Assembly (NCBI RefSeq): GCF_037042905.1
Contig: NC_087252.1
Span: 22,940,001-23,004,000 of the forward strand
Length of the DNA stretch: 64,000 nucleotides
DNA from: Lytechinus pictus
Lineage: Eukaryota
Direction: 5' to 3'
The notes beneath the pieces were generated by a model that worked only from the letters and a program-made list of their open reading frames with translations, was not told where the DNA came from and did no database searches. The translations under genes and the position numbers were made by a program. Positions 41,101 through 53,796 of the stretch are shown here, piece after piece. Each line of letters begins with the position of its first letter. Within the stretch, counting starts at the first letter, position 1.

Positions 41101-43326
41101 TATGCAATCAGTGTCAACTTTGTGACATTAATCAAACAATCTTTTCATTCTCAATTTCTTTACCCTTTATTACCCTAGATATATGATTGCCACTCGGAAT
41201 GATGACTACGTCAGTTCATTACTAAATAAGATAAATCGTTTTGCTTCTTATGGTTTATATAAGATTGGAAGGCGTTATACTGAGAAGGGTACAAGAGGCA
41301 GATTTATTCATGCATTGTAATCAGCCATATCACAATTGTTTTATTGTTGATAATTTTGATATACTTGTCAGTATGGACTGCAGCAAATACAAACTTCTCC
41401 TGCCGGGCTGAAAATCTGGAGAATCAATAAATTGATTACCATGATGTCCAAGTTTCATACTTTGGTCAATATTTTGTTGACATCAGGCCTGGTTGACACC
41501 ACCTACAGCATTCCTGTCGGAAAAGTGATGCATCACAAGACTGGGCTGATAAAACCTCGTATCTCAAAATGTAAATATTTTGATGACAGCTCAGAATAAG
41601 CTAGATTTTGGAGTTATAACATAAGTATCAACATTCTTTTGCCTCAATGGTTTAATTCTTCCGCACAGGTATCAGGAGACTGATTTCATACAATACGAGA
41701 CTGCCACCATTGCTCTTTTTTGAAAATACAGCCTTTCTAAACAGCTCTCAAATTATTCCAACTTTGAGATACGAGGTTTTATCCGCCCAGCCGCGATATG
41801 CCACACATTTGCAGGTGAGACGTGATTCTTTCATCAAGGGCATAAATGCCTCCGCGACGATTGAATCGCTACTCCACTCAATATGGTCGAATTCCTATTA
41901 TCATTCAACCACGACACTTTCACACAAACACAGTCACCCAGCCTTCAAACACCCTCCTACAAATTCACAGAGACACACAACCTCAAAACGCACAAAGACT
42001 GATACACACACACACACACCTATCATCCACAAAAATGGACGTCCACCCACAGCCAAACATACCCACCCACCCTCCAAACGCACAAAGACTGATACACACA
42101 CCATCAACCACAAAAACGGACACCTACCTACCTCCCCCACACACAGCCAAACACCCTCGCACACACACACACACACACACCCTCAATCCACACAGACATC
42201 CATCTATCATCCACAAAAAACACCAAGCCACCCTCCACACACACACACCCACCCACCCACACGTCATGCAAACACATACGCACACTTCCACATACACACA
42301 CACGCACACACCTCATACATCAATAACAATATTTTGTGGTATACACACTTGAAGCACAGGTTACTCCCACTTCTTTGCTCGAAGCATAAAAGGCGAAAAT
42401 GGACAGCCTCTCAGCAGGTTTTTGCAGATCTTAATTTTTATTTAAAAAAATTATGTAATGAGAAGGCATGATGGTGTATGGTTTCATATAAAACCACTTC
42501 AGATATGAAAATTATATTGCATCAAATAGTTGTTCATTCAGCCTACTAGTACTGACAATTTATTAATAAAACTCTAGGCATAAAAAAACATATAACTTCA
42601 ATGTCATATGAATAGACATGAAGTATTCATATGAAAGCACTTCTAAGAATATTGCATCTATATTTACCTCACTTTGTCTACTATTTTGTTCCTTCTGAAG
42701 AACCTCAAAGCCTGTAAGCTGTACAGATTATTTATATCCAAAGTTTGGATTTATTGCTAGATGTACTGAAATATTGCATCATAAAACAAGTTGTTTTATA
42801 GATGCATCTAACATCTTCAAATTAACCTTTTTTTAAATACCTTGTTTTTTCAGCCTTGCTTAAAAAAAGACATGTAAGTCTTTTCAGTCTTAAAGGTCTA
42901 CCTTGCAAAATCCTTTTATACATGACTCGGATATGGATAATTTATACAGATTTTTTTCAGACACTTTCCGCTGTTTATGTTATATACTGGCTGTTTTGTG
43001 TATTTTTTGAAATGCAGAATAAAACAAAATTAAGCAAACATTTGCAAAGTTTTACAACAGGAGACAATATACCAAAACCTAGATTAGAATTGAAAGTCAG
43101 GAAGACAGATTCAGACAATTTCTTTTGTGTCAATTTGCTAGTAAAGGAATGTCATAAAAATTTGGAAAACAAAGTTGATATCTACAGGATACAGTAACTA
43201 ATAACATTACCGAGACACATGTACAAATATTCCTGTAGCTGAAATTTGAATAACACAGTAATCATTAAATGGAAAAGGATATCATGATCCAAAACCTTTT
43301 GTAAAATAAGGATGTTGAACCAATAC

Positions 43327-43739
43327 TACAGAGTACCGAAGTGATGACGTCACAAAAAACTTTTTTGCATTTCAGCATTTTTTTATACCATATTTTGGTA
43401 GAGCACGATGAAAAACCCCCACTACCAAAGTTTGGTGAGAATCGGTCTATGGGGGCCTGAGATATGACCTCATGAATACATAATTAGCCCCAGTGAAGTC
43501 AATGTGTTATTGGCCTGGTTCCTAACTTTAAGAACCAGACCAATAATACATGTAGGCCTACATTGACTTCAAAGGGGCTAATTATTTATTCATGAGGTCA
43601 TATCTTGGGGCCCCATGGACCGTTTCTCACCAAATTTGAATTGTAGGGGGCTTGTCATCATGCTCTACCAAAATATGGTATAAAAAGCGCTGTAATGCAA
43701 AAAGTAAAAATCGATGACGTCACATTTCGGTACTCTATA
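43327..43739. mobile_element. Fold-back MITE (~410 bp)
   Basis: agagtaccgaa..tgacgtca / tgacgtca..ttcggtactct; arms pair along their whole length. Confidence 0.8.
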
Positions 43740-44538
43740 ATTTACATTATTCAAATCTTACAACTGCAGAGCGGCATTCGGTGGAAGTTCATATAAAGAG
43801 TAAAAATTTAGAATAGTTTATTATCGCATATTATATGCAATGCATCATTACTTCAGGGTCTAACAAATGTATTGATGTACATACATTTACATGAGTGTAC
43901 TTTGGTAAAATAGTAATATTGCTATTGATGTTTATAGTCCCCCTCCCCCTATATTCACCATTTCTAGAATACACAAATGTATAAACCATAGAGATATGCA
44001 CAATATACAAATTATATGTACATGTACATCAACAAGGTTTTGTTCATATTTTGACATTTATCATTATGGAATTATGGAAACACACTATAATAATTCTAAT
44101 TAATAGTATAAAAGTACAAGTAAATAAGTATACCCTCAAATACCATGTAGTATGTACTGCAATATCATTAAACAAGATTTGATACTGAAGAAATGTTAGT
44201 CACAATCATCAAATTTTATTTCAAATTCATTGGTATTCATGTACACTGTCATTGGTCATTGTTATCAGAAGAGTTACTAAAATAGCATGGGCTACACAAC
44301 ATAGCCCTGTGGGATCCCTGTGGGTCTGATTTAAATTTGATTAAGAACCTGAAAAATGATTCCAAAGAAGTCCTCAATGATGATCAACAAATAAGTGTGA
44401 AAGTAACTTAAAAGTAAATTTCTGATGGAAATTTAGGATATTTGTGTTTAATGTAGAAATGACAGCATTCTATTTTAGTCAGCCTTAATACAGATCCATG
44501 AAATTTAGGGTAGACAGGTCTGTCATTGATCATACCTG

Positions 44539-44711
44539 GTGGCTGTTTCATAAAGCTGTTTGTAAGTTAAGAACGACTTTAAGAACGACTGGTAATCCTT
44601 TCTTGTGGTAGATGGTATATTGAATTGGCGATGGTTTAGCGCGTAAGATGGGTTCACCAGTCGTTCGTAAAGTCGCTCTTAACTTACGAACAGCTTTATG
44701 AAACGGCCCCC
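44539..44711. mobile_element. Palindromic MITE
   Basis: gtttcataaagctgtttgtaagttaag / cttaacttacgaacagctttatgaaac. Confidence 0.78.
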
Positions 44712-46237
44712 TGGTGGTCTTAGCATCAAGTTGTTCATGAAGTTACATGCGACGCTATGAAAGGTATATTATCTTGGATGCTAAATCACATTCCCAATCA
44801 TTTATATTTCCAACTGATAAAGTTGATCTTCGATGAAGTTTATTTTCAAGAGTAAGAAAATCTTGGTAATCAGACTTTGAACCTGTGTCAACATCTTATC
44901 TGGTATATTGTAGGAAATTCTCTTTTACCTTATAAAAACACCAGAGAAAATCGATAATATTTCACATGCACAATATGCACAAGAATATGTACCATTCAAG
45001 GTCACATGTATTTTATTGATTTTAAGAAAAAGGCACTAAAAGTATGAAATACCGAAGGCATGAAAAAAATCTCTTGAAATCACAAGGAGAAACTCATAAA
45101 ATCCAATGTACTCATTACGTCAACAAAACATGGTGAAGTGAAAGAGGAAGTCAGCAATATGAATGATAAATTTATTTTTGGTTGTAATTTTGTGGAAGAC
45201 GGAATAGTCAATTTATGATGTACGTGGCATGTCTAGGTTGAGTTGGACAGATGAAGAACAGAAATGTATAAAAATGGTTTGAGAAAGAGCTTTATCAAGA
45301 TATCTATCTAAGCCGATCTGAAATCAGACTTATCTCTTGATAATAGCTAGTTTTGACACAGCGCTTTTCCCATAACGGCTCAAAGCGCTTTACAGCAGAT
45401 TATTACCCTGGTCATTGGATTCATTTCAATCTCGCACAAAGAGCACAATTTCCACTCCCTGGGAGCATTCCTTACATTCATCGCAGCCTCAAAATGGCGC
45501 TGGCAAAATCAAACGTACAATAACTTTCGCATCCTACCGGATAAGAACTATTGGACTCGCACTACAGAAAATAAACATCTTTAACTATTCTACCCTGAAA
45601 AGAAGTAACATACAAAAGCAACCTCTGTTTCACAATACAAAATGTGTCTATCATGACCCTGATGCCGATGCAATATCATGACTAACCAACCATATGTCAA
45701 TCATCAGCATATTTCCTACATATGATAAATTTGGCCCAAATAGACTACTAACTAGGGACAATATGAAAATATCCATAACGTAACGCATTTTCAAAAAGAT
45801 ACTTGGTATAACATAAAAATACACCAGACCCAAATTCTATGCTTTTAGCTTTTGCTGACTAATTTAGAGAAGTTCTTAAAGCAGAGGCTCAACTCATACC
45901 ATGTTTACAATAATCTTATGACAGCCAGTCTGCTTGGTCCAAATAAAGGGCAATAAGCATAATATGAAAATATCAATACCTGTATATTGAAAAGTTGATT
46001 GGTTTCAGACATTCTAAAGTGGAATACATACAGCTAATCTTCTGACTATCAATCATGCATTTTCTGTGCATTTTTTTTTCATTTTAACTATTACATTCCC
46101 TTAATTAATCATGCCTTCCTTCTTCTTTCCATTTTTGTGCACGCTTTAAGAATTAAAATGCCAGACAGCCTCAGCATGTCTACACTACTTACCCAAATTT
46201 GGTTCAATTTCGCTGACTACGCCATTGCAGTGCCATT

Positions 46238-46503
46238 CTATTCCCAGCTATCCCATATGTTGTTGTGAAGAGCTGGGTCTGCCCGTGGGTCTTGATCCGG
46301 GTAGTGCACAGGGACTGCACCTTCCTGGTATTCATAAAGTTTGTCTAGAAGGTCCCTCACAACGTCCCCTTGCTCGTCGGAGAGGTCATACACCTCGTAA
46401 GGGTCGTCCTTGATGTTGAAGAGCCACACGCATTTCCCTTCAGGTACGACTGGTTTCACAGGTTGCAGTCCAGATTCAGGAGGCGGAATCCAGTGCCCTG
46501 GCC
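46238..46503 (-). CDS. ARSB: Arylsulfatase exon 7 (terminal)
   Basis: GPGHWIPPP...[11 protein letters not shown]...IWDSWE-stop. Confidence 0.92.
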
Positions 46504-49500
46504 CTGTTATTGTAAAAAAATACAGTTGGGTCTGCATAGGTTAAACCTCTATAACGCAAACAATCAGCTCTAAGTCGATCAAACTAAACTCTGCACAGCA
46601 TCATAAACATGTGTCATTTACAGTTTCCAAGGCAGATTTTGCTGAAGTCCTACGAGTTTCTGTGGTCCCAAGTGATTTAACCCTATCTGCATACTACAGT
46701 TCATGTTTATAATATAATGGAAACTTGCATTTTTCTTAAGATTGTCGCTATTTGCAATCTTGACCCAAGTTCAGTGACTTGTTACTACCCTCGATACTAA
46801 CCCGGGTTGCCAGTGATCAGCTTCCAGTCCTTGAATCGTATGGCTGCTCTCGTCGAAACATTGAACTTGGAAGGAAATGTGAAGTTACAACTGGGTATAG
46901 GGGGTTCCAGGGGCGGTTTGGGTGGGGACGGTGCTCCCAGTGGATCGATGTTATGAAGGAGCTCTTTTCTTGGTGAAGAAATCCCCTGGCTGTTGGAAGA
47001 CGAGAAGAGATTAAAAAACTACAGCTTCACTTGCGGAAGTCAAACTTTGCCTATGTCAAATCTTCTGGGACCACTGGAATCTGTTTTACTTCAAAGATGT
47101 ATGCAGGAAAACTAATGTGTTTAGGAGACACTCAACTTAGGAGACATATACAGGAAAAGTTGTGCATGTCGATCTTCTGTAAGTTAAATATTTGCTCAAA
47201 TCGAACAGATTTCCGAGTTCCCAAAAGAATTGATTTAGGCAACTTGTTGTATTTAACCGAGGAAAGAGGGATCATGTCAGTAATCAAGGACAGATAAAGG
47301 ATTTAGCAGGAGGGGATGCAATAATTTCTGAAAGCAAGCAAGGAAAATGTAAGCTTCACAAGAGAGGGTACATTCCTCTTTGGCACCCCCTCTCTGGATC
47401 GACGCCTGGCAGTAATTGAAGTGAATATTTATAAGATCACGAAACAGGATTAGAACATGATTGAGGTCAATCCAATGACAATGATTCCAGTTCCCACTTC
47501 TTTTCTTCATGTTGAATGCCTACTAGTGTCATCAGAAGCCATCCAATGATAGTGATGGTAAACAACAAGAGAGGAATATGGTTCCATGAGATTAAAACGA
47601 TTTAAAATTTGACCTTTTTTGTGTTTTCAGAATTTCAGATACAAGCTCTAGATAGTGATACTACCGCCTCTCCATAAGAAAAAAAACACTGATTAAAATG
47701 TATACACTATTAGAAAAATAGATAATTTTCCTTAAATTTTAGAGACGAAGTATTGTAACCCTAATGACTTGACTCTCTTTACCTGATTGTTTGCCAGACA
47801 TTGTATCCATCCAGCTTGGCTCCTTTCAGGGTCCAGCCAGCGATACCCTCAACTAGAGTTGGGTACCAGTCACTAACATGAATGAGTTCTCTGTTGATAG
47901 TGCCCTGGACGTCATCAGGCAGTAAGGGGCTGGATACAAAGCCTACACCATGTATTCCTCCTTCCCAGAGTGATCCCTTCCAGCCTCGTAGGGGCCAGTT
48001 GTTTCCCCCTGCAATAACCTGACCACCATTATCTACGGAAAATTAAAAAGGCAATTATCAGAACATTTGAACACCATTAGACAACACAAATATCTTTAAA
48101 CCTTGGTAGCATCAAGCCCCCCCCCCATCCTAGCTCCAACCAAAACACTGTCAAGAGTCAACCCTTAAAGGACCATCACAAAAAATAATTCCTGGGTTTT
48201 GTAACTTGATTCTAATAATTAAATTTGAGTACTCTTAAAACTGATCTTGTTACTTCATATTTTAAATTCTGAGACCTGACACTCGATTCCTTTGAGATGA
48301 AATAAATTTCTAGGATTTAGAATCAATTACAAAGCTCAGCATAAATTTAAAGACTTCACATGTTAAAAAAAATTATATTGATTGTAACAAGTATGTTACT
48401 GAAAAAAGAAGAATCTTATTACCAGTGGAGAAAATGAGAACAGTGTTATTCCAGAGGCCTGCTTTCTTCAGACTTCCAGTGATGTTTCCAACAGCTTCGT
48501 CCATGCACGTTGTCATACCAGCGTAGATCCTACGATTTTTGTCTGCGATGGATTCATATGGCTCTATGTATTTCTCTGGGACTTCCAAAGGAGAATGGAC
48601 AGCTTGGAAAGGCAGGTACAAAAACAGGGGCTGATAAAAGATTGAGAATGAGCATGTGTTGAGAAAGAACAATCAGTACAGATTAATAAATTTCAAATTT
48701 TTTAGAACCATTCAGACTTTAAGTTGTCGCTAGGCTTCATGCCAATTTCAGAATTTTTGGTAAATAATACATCAAAATCTATGGCCCGCATTCTGAAGTC
48801 AGGTTTAACTTAGACCATGGTCTAACTCTGTGCTAAAATTATGGAAGCCATAAGTGTCAAAATTTTTATCAAGTTGTATATTTCTTATGCTTACTGTGCT
48901 CTTTCCTGATTCATCGATGGTGAAGACAATCATCTATTTATACTTCCTAGACAATTATAAATGATTTGAGAGCCAAATGAGCTGAAATATGATATCTCTA
49001 CCGTTAGTGATTTACCGGTATGCAACAATTGGCTATCCATACTTTACCACAACTTTAAACCTGAATTTAAGTTAAACCCGACTTCAGAATACGGGCCTAT
49101 GTGTCCTAGGATGGTCAAGCAGGACATAATACGAATAGTCCATCAGTCCTTGTTGCTTCCTGTCATGAAGAATTAGATTTTCAACCAAGGCGGATCTTGA
49201 TTACTTTTGGGTTTGGCTCAATCAATACCGGATATCCCTCCAACAACGCACCCCATTATGAAGCTCAAATGCCTTAACCATTTCGAAAATTTGTCACCGA
49301 AACAAAAGACAGAGGAAATTATCGGCATCCATTCTTTCAGAACATTGGTAGATGACTCTGCTAAAAAAATATTTTTTTTTTGCAAATAAATTAGGGTTTT
49401 TTTCAGCATTGGATCCCTGGTAGGATAGAAGATAATTGTATTTGCCAAGTATAGTGAGTGTTTGACATGTTAATAATAATAATCATAATATGCAACATTT

Positions 49501-52006
49501 ATATAGCGCTTAATACAAATGATTCTAAGCGGTGCATACTATTACCCCGGCTTTAGCACGGCTACTCTGATCGGGCGCTCGAGCATTCAAGGAATTCCTT
49601 CCTACCGGGCAGGGGCCGCGGAACCGGGGGGCTGGGGGGGCTTCAGCCCCCCCACTTTTTTCCAAAACCGTGTACAAAAACGCAAAAATGACCATACGAT
49701 TGTGATTTTTTGCATGGTCAGCCCCCCCACTTTTGGCTCAGCCCACCCACTTTGAAAACCGTTCCGCGGCCCCTGCCGGGTACCCATTAACTTCACCTGG
49801 GTGGAGAGTGGCAAATGTAGATAAACGCCTTGCCAAAGGACACGAGTGCTGCGGTGGGATTCGAACCCCGGACCTTGTGGTTCAGAGTCCGGAGACTTAT
49901 CCACTGAGCCACAACACTTAACTGGGTCTTATCGCGTTGACAGTAAAGAACAAACCTTCTGTGTGTCGTGCTGCTCTATAACCTGCTGTGCACGTTGTGC
50001 AAAGACATGAGTCGAGTAGTCACCACTGTAGTTTGTTGTAGGTTCGAGGTTGTCACGGAAGTCAAGGCCATGCCAGTGTTGGGAGAAGAATTGTAATGCA
50101 AGGCTGTGTGTGTAATAATCTTCGCCACCATTCAAGTAACCTACAGCAAGAGATTTAAAACAAAGTTACCCAAGCATAATTATCACATTTCTTCAAACCT
50201 CCCTCCCCCACCCTCTCTGTAAATATCCCCAAAAGAAACTTGTGGACCATTTGCTCATGAATTTTCAAAACTGTACATGTACATCCAAATATTTGGGGAC
50301 ATTGATGTATTCACAATTTTGTTTGGTTTACTCATTGAGTATATTGTTATTTTCACAAAGTTTTTTTTTTTGGTACATGTGCAACAATGGTACTAATCTC
50401 ATGAAACTATTAGCAATTTGGGCTCAAGATGTGATATACATTAGGACCATAAAAGCTAGGTGTCTGCAGGTGCACCCCCCCCCTCAGAAAAGAAAATATG
50501 CTAAAAAATGAGAATGTACACCATTCATGGAATTGATAATCTCTTCTTCTTATTTTTTTTGCTTTGCTATGAATATTTTTAGTCAACGAGAAACATATTT
50601 TGACAAAGTAGCCCCCCCTCCCCCTTACAAAAGAATCTTGTACAGGCTTGTAAAACAACCACGTAAATTTAAAGTTCATAGAGTAGGCCTAATCCAGGGC
50701 TCTGTCTTAATTACAAAGAGTTACGATCGATCCAATCAATCTCAACTATATGGAATTCCATCCATACCATGATTTTTTTCTACAGGAAATTTGCACAATC
50801 TCCTCAGTTAACCAAAGAGAATCACACAGAATCTTCAAGAGAACGATGAATGTGTGAATATATACATCATATATCTAGAAAATATTTTGAACAAATTTGC
50901 ACTTTAGATGTTGACGTTGCTGGCCGTCCATAATTGTGGTTGATCGGATCAATCGCAACTCTTGGTAAGATTAAAGCCATAAAGGGGCCCTGGACACTGA
51001 CCGAAGAATGATTTGAATCCTCGATTAGTCGGCCAGCATGCTCTCTTGTAAAAGCCGAGGTGCCACTTCCCAATGACGTGAGTCTCGTAACCTGCATCGC
51101 TCAGTTTGTCCGCCAATGTAGGATCGTTGAGAGGGAGACAGTTGGGCTGAGCAGGCTTGATAACGCCATGTTGAAGACCAGTATGTATCTGCAATGAATT
51201 TGAAAAATAAAATAATTTGAAAAGTCTTTCCAAGAAGTAGTTTACTCTTTGCCCCGCTTTGTTCGACTGGAGGCACATCCAGCATACTACCTAGGTTGAC
51301 TCAGTCACATATACACACACTCCACATAGTGCATAAAGTCTATTGTTCATACATAAATACACAATAGTGACGTGTGCAGACAGGTGGGGCCTTGGGGCAC
51401 CATTTTTTTTTTCAATTTGAAAATGAAAAGGTTTTTTTCCAAGAAAATCATATACTTCTTTCAAACTTTTATGAGATTTTTGGCACACTTACTCACAAGA
51501 ATATTATCAACTGAAAGTTTTTGTGAAATAAAAATAATTTCATGTTATGTTACTATCTAAGTAAGGTGCACAAGTCATACAAAGCCCCCCCCCCCCCCCC
51601 CCTTATTCATGTTATTACTTTCAAGTCCTTTGCAGCAAGGTTCGCTTCACTGCCTTCAGCTTTTGGGGACAAACGAACAATTCTTTTGTTATTAAAGTCT
51701 ACTCTCATACTCTGAAGCCCCAGTCCAGTGCTTATGGCATGCTATGCAAATTACCTGATATTTGCCGCTCATAAGTTGACTTCTCGTCGGAGTACATATC
51801 GGTTGCACGTAGTAATTCTCGAGCTTCACTCCGGCGCTGGCGAGGCCGTCCAAATTCGGTGTTTTTATGAAGCCGTTATTGTGATAACCTATATCATGGA
51901 ATCCATAGTCGTCAGCCAGTATCAACACGATATTTGGTGGCAAAGCATGTAATGTGGGAAAGTTAAAAAATAAAAAGATAGATAAGCAAAATAGAGAGAA
52001 ATCCAT
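46238..52006 (-). CDS. ARSB: Arylsulfatase B-like (ARSB/I/J family), 511 aa, 7 coding exons: 51755-52006, 51002-51188, 49956-50140, 48423-48630, 47783-48032, 46802-46989, 46238-46503
   Basis: Signal peptide; [12 protein letters not shown]; CTPTR formylglycine motif; GKWHLG; AVHSP; STDNGG; [15 protein letters not shown]; [10 protein letters not shown]. 1536 nt, all GT-AG, phases consistent. Confidence 0.93.
46802..46989 (-). CDS. ARSB: Arylsulfatase exon 6
   Basis: [12 protein letters not shown]...[15 protein letters not shown]. Confidence 0.9.
47783..48032 (-). CDS. ARSB: Arylsulfatase exon 5 (missed by the ORF track)
   Basis: [26 protein letters not shown]...HVSDWYPTL...[10 protein letters not shown]. 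Confidence 0.92.
48423..48630 (-). CDS. ARSB: Arylsulfatase exon 4
   Basis: [18 protein letters not shown]...LIFST. Confidence 0.92.
48783..49097. mobile_element. MITE with 3-bp TSD (tat), Harbinger-like
   Basis: ggcccgcattctgaagtc / gacttcagaatacgggcc. Confidence 0.8.
49470..49918 (-). mobile_element. tRNA-derived SINE interrupted by a MITE (49610-49775)
   Basis: Reverse-complement A/B boxes (gtggctcagtgg, ggttcgaatccc), (TTA)n tail; the insert has TIR caggggccgcggaac. Confidence 0.8.
49956..50140 (-). CDS. ARSB: Arylsulfatase exon 3
   Basis: [12 protein letters not shown]...YSTHVF...DTQK. Confidence 0.92.
51002..51188 (-). CDS. ARSB: Arylsulfatase exon 2
   Basis: IHTGLQHG...GKWHLGFY...GFKSFF. 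Confidence 0.92.
51755..52006 (-). CDS. ARSB: Arylsulfatase exon 1
   Basis: MDFSLF...[15 protein letters not shown]|gtaa. Confidence 0.92.
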
Positions 52007-52460
52007 TATTGGATTTAACAGAAAAACACGTCCGAATTCAATCAGTCTTTCTCATGATCCTGCGCACACCGCACCCCACTCGAGCTAGCTGAGGAGAGTC
52101 CAAAGACCTTGGGAGAGTCACATGATTTCGAACAGTTGGTCTTTGTTCAGATGTTCAAACATAATTTCCTTATGTCAATATTGTTTTCCATGAATTTAAT
52201 CCGTTGCTACCATTTATATACCCTTTTTAATTATAATTTACGTAGATAAAACATTAATCTCATATTCTTGATGGATTTTTTCCCTAAATTTTAATTTCAT
52301 GAATGTGGTGTAATATAAGCGAACACAATCAAGGCTAAAATTTGATCACGTGCAATACTGAGTTGTGAGTTGTCAGGTGATCGTAATGTTTACATCGGGA
52401 ATGATTATTATTGGACATGACAGGTGTAACTTTTGACCAATGACCATTTAGAAGTTCCGT
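52007..52460. promoter_or_regulatory. Arylsulfatase promoter region, possibly bidirectional, with MiT/TFE-type E-boxes
   Basis: GTCACATGA at 52117-52125 and TCACGTGC at 52346-52353. Confidence 0.45.
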
Positions 52461-52859
52461 TGTAGAATTGAGCGTTTGAAAAAAAAAATAATAATTACAG
52501 GATTATGAGTGTGTTGGGGGGGATGCCGGGGGTGGTGCTCTAGCACAAGTGCTTTCAGTGTGTGTAAAGTGTGAAGGGGTGGGGCTGACTATATATATAA
52601 AAAATCACAATCGGATGGAGTAATTTTGTGTAAACGTTAATTGAAAAAAAATGTGGAGGGTTATGGAAAAGCTCATGTGGCATATTTTGAAGGGGCATAC
52701 TTTGTTTGAATATGTATTTCTCCCTTTTATCATTCTCTCTACTCTATTTTCTTATTTCTGTTACCTTGTTCAAAACTAAACTAAAAGCCTACATTTTTCA
52801 AGAGAGTTTCAATATTAAAATAAGTCATTTTTTGTTAAATAATTTGTAGAGACAGCCGC

Positions 52860-53079
52860 GGCCGATTGCACGAAAGGGTCTTTGCAAGGACCGTCTTTCG
52901 TGTCGCCCATTTTGTATGATGCGCCACTAGCGTACCTACGGGGGGGGGGGGCAGAGGGGGCACTCTGCCCCCCCCCCCCCCCTGACGAGCCACAACCCAT
53001 ACAAAAGACATATACCTTCTTTTTTTTTTTTTTTTTGCTTGTCAAATTTTTTTCTGGTACGAAAACCTAAATTTGAAGA

Positions 53080-53113
<34 letters not shown>

Positions 53114-53185
53114 TGTCAATTTTGTCATAAAAGATGGGCGACACGAAAGACGGTCCTTGGAAAAACCCTTTCGTGCAATCGGCCC
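52860..53185. mobile_element. Palindromic MITE with a nested fragment of the 25795-26162 family
   Basis: ggccgattgcacgaaaggg...gtcgcccat arms at 52860-52919 and 53125-53183; cactagcgtacctacg inside. Confidence 0.75.
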
Positions 53186-53324
53186 CAGGCTTCCCAGGTT
53201 CCAGTCATTATAACTTAATCACATTTTTTGTTTATTAATCCTGTTTCATTATTTCATTATTTCATTATATTGTAATGCCCAGTTGAGTAAATACATATAG
53301 AAATAGCGCAATATTAATGCTCAA

Positions 53325-53522
53325 TTACTCTTATTATTATTATTATTATGATTATCATCATTATCATCATCATCATTGTCATCATTATTATAAATATTAT
53401 TATCATCATTATCATTGTTATTATTATTTTTATTATAATTATCATTATTGTTGTTGTTGTTGTTGTTGTTGTTATTATTTATTATTATTTTTGTTATTAT
53501 TATTACGCTTATTATCATTATT
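53325..53522. repeat. Compound (ATT/ATC/GTT)n microsatellite
   Basis: Direct inspection. Confidence 0.9.
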
Positions 53523-53561
53523 ACGGATTTTCAGCATTTTTATTTTCATTTTTTTTCACAG

Positions 53562-53796
53562 GAAGTAAAAGATGTAAATCCTATTATCGATGGCATTGAG
53601 CTGGAGACGTACGAACCCGCTAAGGGGAGCGTCTTCCGTCAGCCCGATGATGCCGATACGGGATCCATCGGGAACGAGTTCCATCCCGAAGCTCAGCGGC
53701 AAAACTCGAGGAAAAAGACCCTGCTGAAAGGTTTCATTGCGGTGGCAATCATCGTCGCCATCGTCGTCGTAATCGTCTGCCTTGTCATCTTCCTGG
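53562..53796 (+). CDS. SEA/LDLa gene: cytoplasmic tail + TM exon
   Basis: cag|GAAGTA ... CTG G|gtgagt. Confidence 0.85.

Noticed and set aside
52490-52520. Start exon of the SEA/LDLa gene at cag|GATTATGAG
   Set aside because: No convincing phase-0 donor; the start codon could not be placed.
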